This document shows, in pieces, positions 23,848-36,572 of a stretch of 64,000 nt of DNA. The notes below the pieces were generated by a model that ran no database searches, was not told where the DNA came from, and saw only the letters and a program-made list of their open reading frames with translations. The stretch is taken from NCBI RefSeq assembly GCF_902713615.1, contig NC_052158.1, forward strand, positions 151,669,400-151,733,399, written 5' to 3'. The position numbers and the translations under genes are program-made. This DNA comes from Scyliorhinus canicula. Taxonomy: Eukaryota. How positions within the stretch are numbered: the first letter of the stretch is position 1; the number at the start of each line of letters is the position of its first letter.

Positions 23848-24784
23848 CTAATTATTTACTCCATTTTGGATATTTTGCAAAATAGTACACTTTAATGGAA
23901 AACAATGGAAAACTGCAAATGCAGGAAATCTTTAATAAGAATAGAAACCCTAGAAATATATTTTGGTGTGAGTGAACATACAAATTACAATGTGTGCAAA
24001 GTACATAACAAGCACGTGGCTAGAACTGTGACTTCACAACGCCAGGGTCCCAGGTTCGATTCCCCGCTGGGTCACTGTCTGTGCGGAGTCTGCACGTTCT
24101 CCCCGTGTCTGCGTGGGTTTCCTCCGGGTGCTCTGGTTACCACTCACAGTCCAAAGACGTGCGGTTTAGGTGGATTGGGCATGATAAATTGCCCTTAGTG
24201 TCCAAATAAAAGGTTAGGAGGAGTTATTGGCCTGTGGGTATAGGTTGGAATTGAGGGCTTAAGCAGGTCGGTGCAGAATCGATGGGCTGAATGGCCTCCT
24301 TCTGCACTGTATGTTCTATGTATCTATGTATTTCCCAACTGATTTCTTCTTCCCTGTCTACGATTTTCATCGTAGAAGTTAGAAATACAGGGAAAATAAT
24401 TATTTTATTACTACCCTCCGCACAATAATTCCACAGTAGCACAGTGGATCGCACTGTTGCCTCACAGCGCCAGGGCCCTGGTTCAATTCCAGCTTGGGTC
24501 GCTGTCAGTGCGGAGTCTGCACGTTCTCCCGTGTCTGCGTGGATTTCCTCCGGGTGCTCTGCTTTTCTCCCACAAGACCCGAAACACGTCATGTTTGTTA
24601 ATTTGGACATTCTGAATTCTCACTCCCTGTACCCGAACAGGCCCTGGCATGTGGCAACTGGGGATTCCCACAGTTATTTCATTGCAGTGTTAATGTATGC
24701 CTACTTGTGACAATAAAGATTATTAACAAAAATGTTAAACTAACTGTGGTGCAGACAATAGAGCGCAACAATCAGCAAATGCCA

Positions 24785-24878
24785 CAGGTGCTGCTAAACC
24801 TGAAGTTCATGTGGGATTTCTGTTGTTTTAATTATGTTTTTGGTTGCTTGTTCAGTTGGCAATAATAACTCAATATAA
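24785..24878 (+). promoter_or_regulatory. Putative proximal promoter of gene B
   Basis: CAGGTG 24785-90, TTGCTTGTT 24844-52, TATAA 24874-78, ~60 bp before ATG 24938. Confidence 0.4.
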
Positions 24879-24937
24879 GAAATGAAACCTGCCCTGTTTC
24901 CAATTACCAGCAGCAGACCCTGCCAGCAACAATAGCA

Positions 24938-25146
24938 ATGTATTTGCTGTGGTGGGTGCTGTTTGTTTTGGTGACCTGTATATTTGCCAAAGACGATCGA
25001 ATCTGCCGCCTTCAAGGAAAGTTTAATTTGCCTGAACTCACGCAAGGTGGAGACATCATCATTGGTGGAATTTTTCCCATTCATTACCGAGGTGTGCCGC
25101 CAAGGACTTCTTACCAAACACAACCAGAGACTCCACGGTGCTTAGA
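24938..25146 (+). CDS. V2R/OlfC gene B, exon 1
   Basis: Signal peptide MYLLWWVLFVLVTCIFA, GDIIIGGIFPIH; donor GA|gtgagt; 209 bp. Confidence 0.96.
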
Positions 25147-25645
25147 GTGAGTAGAGTCTTCTTGATTATTGAGTACAAGTGGAGGAAGAAGTAGAGATTC
25201 AAAGATATTTCAGGAAGATATTCCACAGAGTAGGTCCAAGCTAGGTGAAGCCAGAGAAAGGGAGGGATTGCATTTAGGTAGGAGTCAGAAACTAGAGGGC
25301 TGTGGGACAGATCCCGGGCCAAAGGAGATGTTGTTATAAAGGGGAGCCACTTACACTGAATATACATTTTAATTGTCTCTAAAATAATTTCTTGATCAAA
25401 TCGATAAAAAATCACATCTGGCACAGTAAAACAATGCACTATTTATGGATCATTTCACCAATCCACGAATAGACTCTAGTCACTCCAATACCATATGCCA
25501 TTATTTCTTCAGGGTTTGGAAATGTGATTATATAAATGCACGTACTCATTATGACTTTCTGGTGTCAGTGTATGATAGACCCAGCTGCATAAATACTTAC
25601 GATTCCGTGATTTTTTCAGAGTCAAAATGTCTTTGTTTCCATCAG

Positions 25646-25937
25646 ATTTAACCTGAGAGCTTTCCGCTGGATTCAACTGATGATCTTTGCCATTGAAGAA
25701 ATTAATAATGACCCATCGCTTCTTCCCAATATCACGCTGGGCTACAAGATTTATGATTCCTGTGCCACTCCAGCATTGGCTCTTAGAGCAGCCCTGACAA
25801 TTCTTAATGGCCAAGAAGAAAATGTTACGCTCTCGAGATGTAATGGAGGCTCTCCGGTGCATGCACTTATTGCAGATGCTGGTTCAACACAATCCATAAC
25901 CATTGCCAGGACAGCGGGGCTCTTTGGAATACCAATG
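25646..25937 (+). CDS. V2R/OlfC gene B, exon 2
   Basis: atcag| acceptor, ATG|gtaagc donor; 292 bp; FNLRAFRWIQLMIFAIEEINNDPSLLPNITLGYKIYDSC. Confidence 0.96.
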
Positions 25938-27846
25938 GTAAGCAATAAAACATTTAACATGTAAGTGTTAGCAACATTGTCGGTAGCGTGGAGGTCAAGT
26001 GTAGCTGAAATTTAGAACTCATCCCCTCCCAAATGGCTGTGCATGCTGGGACAACTGATGCTTGAAGATTGAGATTGGTAGTTTTTTGTTAAAGCTGTGG
26101 AGCAAAGACAGTTCAATGCACTTGAGGTGCAGATAAATTGAATGCAGAGTAGCTCGGCCCAAATCATTTGAATGGCCTCCTCCTGAGTCCAATGTTCCGC
26201 AGTCACTCTGAGCCATTTCAACAAAGAAACATCCAGTTTTGAGCATTTTGTTCTGAGTTACTTAACCTAGGCTTGGGCAGTTCTATGGGTGCAGCAATAG
26301 TCATACAGGCGTTGCGTTGCGTTAGGAAAATAAATATAGCCCAGAGTTGCTTCACTGAGCCCCGTCGAAAGGGTATGTGAGCTGATGCGCAGAAGGATGA
26401 GAATATATTCAGCACTCTTCAGAGTCTCATAGCCTGCACATAAACCGTGTCAAAGCTCCCACAAGCTGAGATATTGGAGGGAACCTTTCTGACCTGGAAT
26501 TGTATTTTTTTCAAATGAGTGTGTTGTTGAATTTGAGACAAAGAGAGAAAGCAATAGAAACTATGAAATTCGATGCAGACAGTATTCAATCGAAACCATT
26601 TCTACATTCTAAATTTCTCTCACAATATTGCTGCTTGGTATCAACACTCTAAGGAATTCTTAGAATAGAGAGATGAACAAGCCCAAGTCCTGCTAAATAC
26701 ATTTATGGACATGTGGGTTCAGTGACAGGTGAAACAATACCAGTGGAATCTGTATCCAAACCTTCGACCGAGAAACAAAACACATGTATTCCCTCTTTGC
26801 AGGTTGTCAGGGTTCTATGTGAAATTGTTTTGACGTGGTTCTTCGTTTCAGTTCCTGATGCGATTCAACCCACAGTCCAAACTGGCACTTATTGCTGATC
26901 TCACTCGTTACCTGGTACCCGACAAAATAGGTCTGACTAGTTTGGTGCTCTTTAATTTTTGCGCGAAGGTACATTGTTAAGTCAGAGAGAGCTTTAGTCT
27001 GCATTAAACTTGGGATTTTCATATTATAAATCCATAGGATTTCTAAAAGGACAAGTTAGTTTATTTCCTCGTGCCAACATCCATTTCATTGATACCTGGA
27101 AGAATTCCTAATATCGTACATTTATGAATGGACAACAAATTACAAGTTACTATAAGTAATAATAGTGGCCAGGTACCAACAGCATTCATAAGACATTCTG
27201 CTCTCCACTATTCAGAGTTGATTAGGATCTTCATTAAAAAACGGACTGGACTGTCAAATATGATGCGAGAAAAAGTCTTCTCACACGATGAGTGGTTCGA
27301 GTCTGGAATGCACGCGCCTTGGAAAAGTGGTGGAGGCATTTTCAATTGAGGCACAAATGGTTACTTGAACAGAAATATTGTACAGGGATATAGGGAAAAG
27401 ATAGGGGAACGGCGTTAAGTCATGACACTCAAGAACCGGTGCAGACATAATGGGCCAAATGGCCTCCTTCCGCAGCGTAACGATTCTGTGTTCTGTGACA
27501 TTGGCACATTATTTTTAGTTAGCAAATTCGGCCAAATGTGCGGCTCATAACTGTTCTGAATGTGTACATGTGCTAATCTGTGAGGGATACTAAGGTTGGA
27601 CTTGCAGCTTCCCACCTGGGCATAAAACTGATGACAGAGCCCTGCTCAATTTGACTTTGCATTGAATTCAATGGAGACAGAACCGAGTGGGATCCTTTAA
27701 CAGTCGGCCAATCCGTAATGCCAGTTTCACATTGTGGCAGCAAACTGAAAATCTGCTTCTTCTTGAAGGGACGTTTTGAATGCTGGTCTTCCTGAATGAT
27801 GAAGGTATTGAACTAAAAATGAAATCTCTTTTTGATGTTTTCACAG

Positions 27847-28680
27847 ATTAGTTATTTTGCGTCATGCATGTGCCTGAGCAACAAAAAGGAATTTCCAACC
27901 TTTTTCCGAACTATACCCAGCGATTATTTTCAGGTCGCAGCGTTTGTGCAGCTGGTGGAACATTTTGGTTGGACCTGGCTGGCGGCGTTTGGATCTGACG
28001 ATGATTATGGCCACTTGGGTATTACAACCTTCGTGGAAGAAGTCACTAAAACTGGAGCCTGCGTGGCTTTCACTGAATATCTTCCCAAATTTAATGACAA
28101 GGAGAAAATCTTGCATCAAGTTGAGCTCATTAAAAATTCAAATGTTAAAGTTATTCTTGTCTTTGCTGCAGAGAGAGACCTGAACTTCTTGGTGGAAGAA
28201 CTTGTGCGGCAGAATGTTACTGGACTGCAATGGTTAGCGAGTGAAAGCTGGAGTACGGCAGCACTGCTCTCAACGGCAGCCAATTCTGAGATTTTTGGTG
28301 GGACGTTGGGTTTGGCAATTCGTAGGGGCGATATTCCAGGGATTAAACAGTTCCTGGTCAGGCTCCATCCATCTAACTATCCAGGGAATGAATATATTAA
28401 GCAGCTTTGGGAAACTGTGTTTCACTGCACATGGACATCACACAACGACACAGAGAACGCAAGGCTTGGGCCTTTAAAACAAGTGTGCACTGGGCAAGAA
28501 GATTTAAAAGTTGTCCAAAATGCATTTACTGATGAAACACAATTGAGAGTTTCGTATAATACTTATCGAGCTGTTTATGCTGTGGCCCATTCCATCCATA
28601 ATATGTTACAGTGTAAAAAAGGCCAAGGGCCATTTGTCAATGAAACATGCCCAGACATTTCAAAACTCAAACCTTGGCAG
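27847..28680 (+). CDS. V2R/OlfC gene B, exon 3
   Basis: cacag| acceptor, CAG|gtaagt donor; 834 bp open frame ISYFASC...FRTIPSD...SDDDYG...ASESW...YAVAHSIH...KPWQ. Confidence 0.97.
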
Positions 28681-28736
28681 GTAAGTTGTATTTTTATAAA
28701 AAATTACAGTATAAATTCACCCCCTGTACAAATTAT

Positions 28737-28925
28737 GGGAGGGGTTCTCCGATTCCTGAGCCGTGTGTTTCTTGGCAGCACGTTGTTCATTGGCAGCAGG
28801 ATTCTCTTTTCCTGCCGCTTCTCCATGGGATTTCCCATTGAAGTCCATTCCACGCCACCAGAAACCCCGCAGGCAGGGGGTGCACTTCCAGCGGGAAATG
28901 AGAATCCCAACGGAGAACACCGGCC
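28737..28925. mobile_element. Harbinger-type MITE in gene B intron 3
   Basis: Degenerate ggg..ttctcc / ggagaa..cggcc TIRs; core similar to 6125-6296 and 20883-21088. Confidence 0.6.
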
Positions 28926-29764
28926 TGTTTGAAATTGAAGTTCCATTCAATGTAGCCAGCAATGCTCTGTCACATTACACAGAATCACATAGGATATAGA
29001 ACACAGAAACCATTCTGCCCAACCGGTCTAGGCTGGTGTTTATGCCCCACACCATCTTCCTCATCTAAATCTACCATTGTAACCATCCATTCCCTTCACC
29101 TGCATATGCCTGTCCAGTTTACCACTCTTTGGGTGAAGAGGTTTCTTCCCAATTCCACCCTGGATTTCTGGTGATTGCCTTTTATGGATCGCACTCAGTT
29201 ATACTAATCCCAATGAATATATAATCAGGCGTGCAATTGGTGAGTGTCACAACTAAATGCAATTCAAGTTTGACTGCTGCTTTTCAGAAAAGCAATTGAG
29301 AAGGTGAATAACTCTCACAATAAGTTGCAGTGAATTCCACGCATTCACTTTTTGAAATTATTTGTCTATCTGATGTAGTTTGCTGTAAATTTGAGGATAT
29401 GCTGCTTTAACAGGTACAGTCAGTTTGGAGGTTGCCTGTTTCCTAATACTGCAATTACATTCTTCCGATGGGACGTTAAACCAAAGTGAATCTGCCCTAA
29501 ACAAGAACTGAGCAGGTCAGCCAGCATCAGAATCTGATAAAGGCTCATCGATCAGAAATGTTTACTCTGTCTCTCTCCACAGATGCTTCCTGACCTGCTG
29601 AGTTTGTCAAGCTTTATTTTAATTCTCTCACAGGTTGTGGGCAGTACTGGAATAGCCAGCATTTGTTTCCCATTCCTAATTTCCCCTTAAACTGAACTGG
29701 TTTACGGGATCATTACAGCGGGCAGTTAAGAGCCAACCACATTGCTTTAGGTTGGGAGACACAT

Positions 29765-31110
29765 ATAGAACATAAAACATAGAACATACTGTGCAGAAGG
29801 AGGCCATTCGGCCCATCGAGTCTGCACCGACCCACTTAAGCCCTCACTACCACCCTGTCCCTGTAACCGAATAACCCCTCCGGACCTTTTAGGTCACTAA
29901 GGGCAATTTCATCATGGCCAATCCACCTAACCTGCACGTCTTTGGACCGTGGGAGGAAACCGGAGCACCCGAAGGAAACCCACACAGGCACGGGGAGAAT
30001 GTGCAGACTGCGCACAGACAGTGACCCAGCCGGGAATCAAACCTGGGACCCTGGTGCTGTGAAGACACAGTGCTATCCAGTTGTGCGACTAGGCTGCCCT
30101 AAATATAGGCAGAATAGTAGATATTCTTCCCTTATAGGACAGAGGTGAACCAGATAATTTTTTTTAAATGATAAAAGATAGTTACAAAGCCATCATTAAA
30201 ATGTATCAATTTAATTTACATTTCAGTTTCCATGATGGGAATTGAACACATTAACCTGGACCACAAGTCCAGTGATATTGCCACTACATTACCATCTATC
30301 CTATGGCTTGTGTTTCAGATTTCCAGCATCCACAATATATTGATTTTACATTAATTTTAATAATCTTTATTGTCACAAGTTGGCTTACATTAACACTGCA
30401 ATGAAGTTAGTATCAAATTCCCCTAGTCTCCGGCGCCTGTTTGGGTTTACAAAGGGAGAATTCATAATGTCCAAGTTACCTAACAGCATGCCTTTCAGAA
30501 CTTGTGGGAGGAAACCGGAGCACCTGGGGGAACCAACGCAGACATGGGGAGAACGTGCAGACTCCACACAGATAGTGACCCAATCCAGGAATCGAACCTG
30601 GGTCCCTGGAGCTGTGAAGCAACAGAGCTAACCACTGTGACACCACGCCGCCCTTAGTGTATTATCTAAACAAAATCATCTGGTCATCTACCTCATTGCT
30701 CTCAGCAGGAGTCTACTGTGCTCAAATTGGCCGCCTTGTTTGTTACATTACAAAATAATTACACAACAAAAGTAGATATTGATTACAAAGCCTGCTGAGA
30801 CATCCTGGCCTTGTGATAGGCACTATAGAAACAATAATAATAATCTTTATCAGTGTCACGAGCAGGCTTAGATTAACACTGCAATGAAGTTACTGTGAAA
30901 ATCCCCGAGTTGCCACACTATTGCACCTGCTCGGGTACACATATGTCCAATTTACCGAACAAGCACCTCTTTGGGGATTTGTGGGAGGAAACCAGAGTAC
31001 CCGGAGGAAACCCACACAGACATGCAGAGAACGTGCAGACTCCGCAGACAGACAAAAATCTAACCTGGGACCCTGGCGCTGTGAACCAAGAGTGCTACCC
31101 ACTGTGCTAA
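29765..31110 (-). mobile_element. Three V-SINE copies (~29765-30075, ~30360-30652, ~30833-31110)
   Basis: Reverse-complement V-SINE cores (ggaggaaaccggagcacc..acgtgcagactcc). Confidence 0.75.
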
Positions 31111-31810
31111 CACGCTGCGTTCTTTCCCAATTAGAAGACAATAATAGTGAAACATGAAGAGAAGCAATTGGTAGCAAAGAAAATACAGACAGAGCTCCGT
31201 TCGATAACAAAATGTGCATGACAGCATTCTCTTCTCAAACTATTAAAAAGTCTCCAATATGAGTCCAGTAAGTTGCCCTTTTTGAATTTCAAAGAAAGAA
31301 AGAACCTGCATCGATGTAACACTTGCCAATGAAGCACTATTGAAGTAAAGTTGCTTTTGTAATGTAGGGAACACAGGAGCCAGCATGCACAGCAAGCTCC
31401 CAGAAAGAGTAATGGTATAAATGACCTGAGCATCTCTTTCAGATTTTGGTTGAGGAATAAATATTGCCACAGTATCAGAATTCACCTGTTCTTATTCAAA
31501 TCGTGCCACCTGGTCATTTACTTCCACTTGAGAGGTCAGATGCCCATCTGAAAGGTGACACCACCAATGGTGCCACACTCCGTCGACACTTCACTGAAGT
31601 GTCCGTTGCGGATAAATGGTCAAGTGGGATTTGAACCCAAGAACTTGTGACTCAGAGGTTAATACCAAATTGACACCTAAAACCACTCCAAACTCAGGTG
31701 TACGTTACAGCAGATCCTCAGCTTCCTAGTGAATTAAAATTACATAACGTTGGTTTTAAATATAGGAGGTGTCAAAATATAAAATAATTTTCTATGATTT
31801 ATTTGCAAAG

Positions 31811-32038
31811 GTCCTGCATTACTTAAAGAAGGTGAAATTTACAACTGCATTTGGAGATGAAGTAAGATTCGATGTTAATGGTGATCCTCGAGCAACGTAT
31901 GATCTCCTGAACTGGCAGCGAGTCCCAAATGGGAACATGAAGTACATTAAAGTTGGCCAGTATGATGCATCAGTCGGGACAGACAACCAACTTGTTATAG
32001 AGGAGGAAGGTATAGTGTGGAGTGGGGGACAAAAAATG
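31811..32038 (+). CDS. V2R/OlfC gene B, exon 4
   Basis: aaag| acceptor, ATG|gtaagg donor; 228 bp; VLHYLKKVKFTTAFGDEVRFDVNGDPRATYDLLNWQ...IVWSGGQKM. Confidence 0.96.
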
Positions 32039-32799
32039 GTAAGGCACAATTCTGTAAATAACTTTTTCAATGCATCCAAAGGTTTGGGTGGCAAAAGTCA
32101 CCACAGATGTAAGGATTATGTTCAGCAACAAACTAGGTTTCGCCGCTACAACAATGATAAAGTGGAGGGTGGCACGGTGGTTAGCCTCACGGCGCCAAGG
32201 ACCCGGGTTCACTTACGGCCTAGGGTCACTGTCTGTGTGGAGTTTGCACACTTGCACCATGTCTGCATGGGTCTCATCCCCACAAACCCAAAGATCTGCA
32301 ATGCAGATGGATTGGCCACTTTACATTGCCCCTTAATTGGAAAACAAATGAATTGGGCACTCTAAATTTTTAAAAAATAACAATGATAAAGTTCAAGGGA
32401 TAGACAAGCAAAAGATGTTCACATAGAGTGAGGGATAATGATTGTGGAATCTCATCATAATGAGAGGTGTCCAGTTTAGAAAAGACAAGAACATTCAGGC
32501 AGATATAAAGGCAAAAGGGAAAGATTTGGAGATAGTACAGAGTGGATTTGGATCTTGCCTTTGTTCAATATTGTGAATCAGGTAAAAGTGAGTTGACAGC
32601 CCATTTTGCAATCCTCCTCTTTTTGATGGAACTAGCAATAGAAAGTTTGCCAACTCACTACCTCCATTTTGAATCGCACAATATTGAGATCCACCCCAAT
32701 GAGAACCAGAAAAACAATTAATCTAACAAAAGATTCATGCAGATAGATAGATGATGGCAAGCGAGATTTTGGTTAATCAGTTCCTGATGTTTCTAATAC

Positions 32800-35700
32800 T
32801 GTCATGTTCTCGTTGGATGGCCTGGTTTGTTACAAGAACACTTGTAGCTAAAGTTATAAACAATTTATTAACTTTACCTGCTCGTTCTCCCCGGTATGCG
32901 TGGGTTTCCTCCGGGTGCTCTGGTTTCCTCCCACAGTCCAAAGATGTGCAGGTTAGGTGGATTGGCCATGATAAATTGCCCCTTGGTGTCCACAATTGCC
33001 CTTAGTGTTGGGTGAGGTTACTGGGTTATGGGGATAGGTTGGAGGTGTGGGCTCGGGTAGGGTGCTCTTTCCAAGAGCCGGTGCAGACTCGATGGGCTGA
33101 ATGGCCGCCTTCTGCACTGTCAAGTCTACGATTCTATTCTATGATTTACTTGTGGGTAAACTATTTACAAGACAGCGTATAAAATACAGTAAAATAACGC
33201 AAAGCAAACTCTCTCTTGAACTTCCTCCAGCCAGTCTGAGGTCAGCTGACTTCACCATTCACTTGTATACTAGTGAGACTCCTGATGCTCATTTGGTCAA
33301 TTACAACACAACCATGCTGTCACTACTTCCCCTTTACTTTGAAATATTATATTAATATATTGTCATCAGTATAGTTTTGTAAAATTTAGAGTACCCAATT
33401 ATTTTTTTTTCAATTAAGAGGCAATTTAGCTTGGCCAATCTACCTATCCTGCACATCTTTTTGGTTGTGGGGGCAAAACCCACACAGACACGATGAATGT
33501 GCAACCTCCACATGGACAGTGACCCAGGGCCGGGATTCAAGCCCAGGACCTCAGTAGCGTAGGCAGCAATGCTAACCACTGTGCTACCATGCTGCCCCAT
33601 CATCAGTATAGTTACATGTGATATCATGAGTCAATGAGTCTCGCAGCATTATTGTTTATTCATTTTTCAATTACATACATATTTATATATATATATGCTC
33701 AAGAACAGACAGGATACAGTACAAATAGTCCAAATCTACAAATTGAATTGATTAGGTTTCTGCTGACTCTGATTGATCGTCTCCAAGTTTGACCTTTCTG
33801 CTCAGAACTTGTAGATTCACTATTCCCCGTGATATTCTCGTGCCCAGGAACTGCTGAACGACCTGACACTGCAGCTTGCGTTGATTCAGATGTAGATTCG
33901 CCATCCATCAGGGTGTTGTGAAAGTCTTCTCTGGTTTTCAAGAGGGCACAACAATGTCTTCTTAAAACCAACCCATCCTGTGTCTGTACATTGTAGGAAC
34001 GAGGTGCTACTTCTTCAAGTACAATGGCTTTTTTCGACTAATTGCCTGAATCTTCTATTCTCACAATGTCATCACTACTCCGAGGTGGTAAAGTTCTAGA
34101 CACTCAATCATAGAACTGCTTTTGCTTCTCTGGAATGTTTTGCATTTCCTGCAATACCACTGCTTTCTCCTCCTTTGCCAAGTATGAAAGTGTGGTTTGC
34201 AACTTTCTATTCATGATTAACTCTGCTGGTGATCTACCATGTGACAATGTACATCTTTTTCTGCATTTTCTTTGACTTGAGGGTATAACAGACTCGACGT
34301 GATGTGATTGAAATCATATGTGAAATCTAATGTTGCCACTCTTTACAGCTAAAACAAGGACCGTTGTCAGTGACAACGACTTGCTGAATTCCCTGTCCGG
34401 CGAAAATTGCCTTGGTATGCATTATTTCACTTCTTGCCATTACGCTTGACAGTAGATCCATTTCGGGATAGTTTGACAGACAGTCTGTGATCATTAAATA
34501 ATCTTTCCCTTGTAGGTGAAAGAGATGAATAGTTACTTTCAAGGGCGGCATGGTGGTGCAGTGGTTAGCACTGCTTCCTCACAGCTCCAGGGTCACAGGA
34601 TCAATTCCAGACTTGGGTGACAGTCTGTGTGGAGTTTGTACTTTCTCCCTGTGTCTGCATGGGTTTCATCTGGATGTTCCTGTTTGCTCCCACTGTCAAA
34701 AGATGTGCAGGTCAGGTGGATTGGCCACGCTAAATTGCCCCTTAATCAAAAAAATGAATTGGGTATTACATATTTATTTAAAAAATAATAATAATGAGGT
34801 CAGACCTTATATTGTAGAATTCCATACATTTATCTGTGTCCAGTTTTGGGCCCCACATCTCAGGAAGGACATACTGGCACTGGAGTGTGTCCAGCGGAGA
34901 TTCACACGGATGATCCCTGGAATGGCGGGTCTAACATATGATGAACGGCTGAGGATCCTGGGATTGTATTCATCGGAGTTTAGAAGGTTAAGGGGAGATC
35001 TAATAGAAACTTACAAGATAATACATGGCTTAGAAAGGGTGGACGCAAAGAAACTGTTTCCGTTAGGCGAGGAGACGAGGACCCGTGGGCACAGCCTTAG
35101 AATTAGAGGGGGTAAATTCAGAACAGAAATGCGGAGACATTTCTTCAGCCAGAGAGTGGTGGGCCTGTGGAATTCATTGCCGCGGAGTGCAGTGGAGGCC
35201 GGGACGCTAAATGGCTTCAAGGCAGAGATAGATAAATTCTTGATGACGCGAGGAATTAAGGGCTACGGGGAGAATGCTGGTAGGTGGAGTTGAAATGCCC
35301 ATCAGCCATGATTGAATGGCGGAGTGGACTCAATGGGCCGAATGGCCTTACTTCCACTCCTATGTCTTATGGTCTTATGATCTCTCGGCCAATGTGAACT
35401 GATGTTCCTCATAAGCTCTTGAAGGGTTTGATCCTTCCTGGTCTCTTCTTGGATTTCACATAGTTTCGCATCTGATAGTGGTAGTAGTGTGGAAAGAAGA
35501 TTGACATGCAGATCAACATCCTCAGTAATCTCACCACCAATACTTTGCTTTGCTGATGCAGCTGCTAAGAATAAATATTTGCCTGGTATGTAGATGAGAT
35601 TGAAGTCATTTTTTGATGATGTTAACCAAAGGACGATGACCTGTCTCAACTGTGAATGTTGGAAGCCCATAGACATAGTCATGGACTATCTCCAAGCCTA

Positions 35701-36039
35701 CAATTAAACCCAGGCATTCTTCTTCAATTTGAGCGTACTTTTGCTCTGTTGTCATCATGGATCGTGATGCACACACGACTGGTTTCCAATCATCAGGCTA
35801 GAGTTGCAGAAGAACTGTTGCCAGGCCATGTTTGGACATGTCTGTTGACACTTTAATGTGCTTTGACGGGTCAAAAAATGTGAGACCTGCCGTGGTGGTC
35901 AGTGAAGTCTTGAACATCCTCCACTCTTGCTCATGTTGCTCAGTCCAAGTGAAATCCGTTGTCTTGTGCAGGAGATCAGGTAGATGTGCTATATTTAGTG
36001 TCAGGTGATGAATTACAACACAACCGTGATATCACTACA
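32800..36039 (-). mobile_element. Internally deleted Ty3/Gypsy LTR retrotransposon in gene B intron 4, with nested SINEs and a CR1 fragment
   Basis: 5-bp TSD AATAC (32795-99, 36040-44); matching LTR starts at 36039 and 33327; polypurine tract 33328-33340; pol remnants (LIYIPGKYL; integrase GKDYLMITD...VVTDNGPCFS). Confidence 0.8.
34830..35380 (+). mobile_element. CR1 LINE 3' fragment
   Basis: CVQFWAPHLRKDILALECVQRRFTRMIPG...HFFSQRVVGLWNSLP; tail (cttatggt)n; preceded by V-SINE ~34543-34790. Confidence 0.88.
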
Positions 36040-36382
36040 AATACCATGCCAGCCTTCCCGAACAGGCGCCGGAATGCGGCGACTAGGGGCTTTTCACAGT
36101 AACTTCATTTGAAGCCTACTTGTGACAATAAGCGATTTTCATTCATTTCATTTCATTTGTAATGTTAAAATGATTGATATCTGCATCACAGAACAGCAAA
36201 ATGTAAATTCTATGCACTGTAAATTCCATGATGCTATGATTCTATGAAAATTATTCTGTATCAATGTCACAGTCATCAGTTTATTTTTCATAATTTTCTC
36301 AAGGTCAAACAAACATTATCTGTAATCCTGCATAAAATAGACTTGTAATAAAATGGAAACTTATTGTTCATTTCTCATCCAG

Positions 36383-36506
36383 GTCATTGAGGCAAAGTGT
36401 AGTGAATCTTGTCTGCCTGGAACAAGAAAAGGAGCCAGAACAGGAGAGCCAATTTGTTGTTATGATTGTATACCCTGTGCTGAAGGTGAAATTAGTAATG
36501 AAACTG
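36383..36506 (+). CDS. V2R/OlfC gene B, exon 5 (cysteine-rich domain)
   Basis: ccag| acceptor, G|gtgtgt donor; 124 bp; [38 protein letters not shown]. Confidence 0.95.
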
Positions 36507-36511
36507 GTGTG

Positions 36512-36513
36512 TA

Positions 36514-36572
<59 letters not shown>

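Larger units (their letters stand above)
22329..27922. repeat. Right arm of inverted segmental duplication (paired with 1-4630)
   Basis: Reverse-complement homology to gene A region, with arm-specific insertions (Penelope 23364-23847, SINEs ~24010-24325 and ~24432-24725). Confidence 0.9.

Noticed and set aside
31769-32365. 198-aa ORF as a standalone protein
   Set aside because: It is exon 4 read through its gtaagg donor into an intronic SINE.
34550-35293. 247-aa ORF as a novel gene
   Set aside because: Chance in-frame fusion of a V-SINE and a CR1 ORF2 C-terminus.
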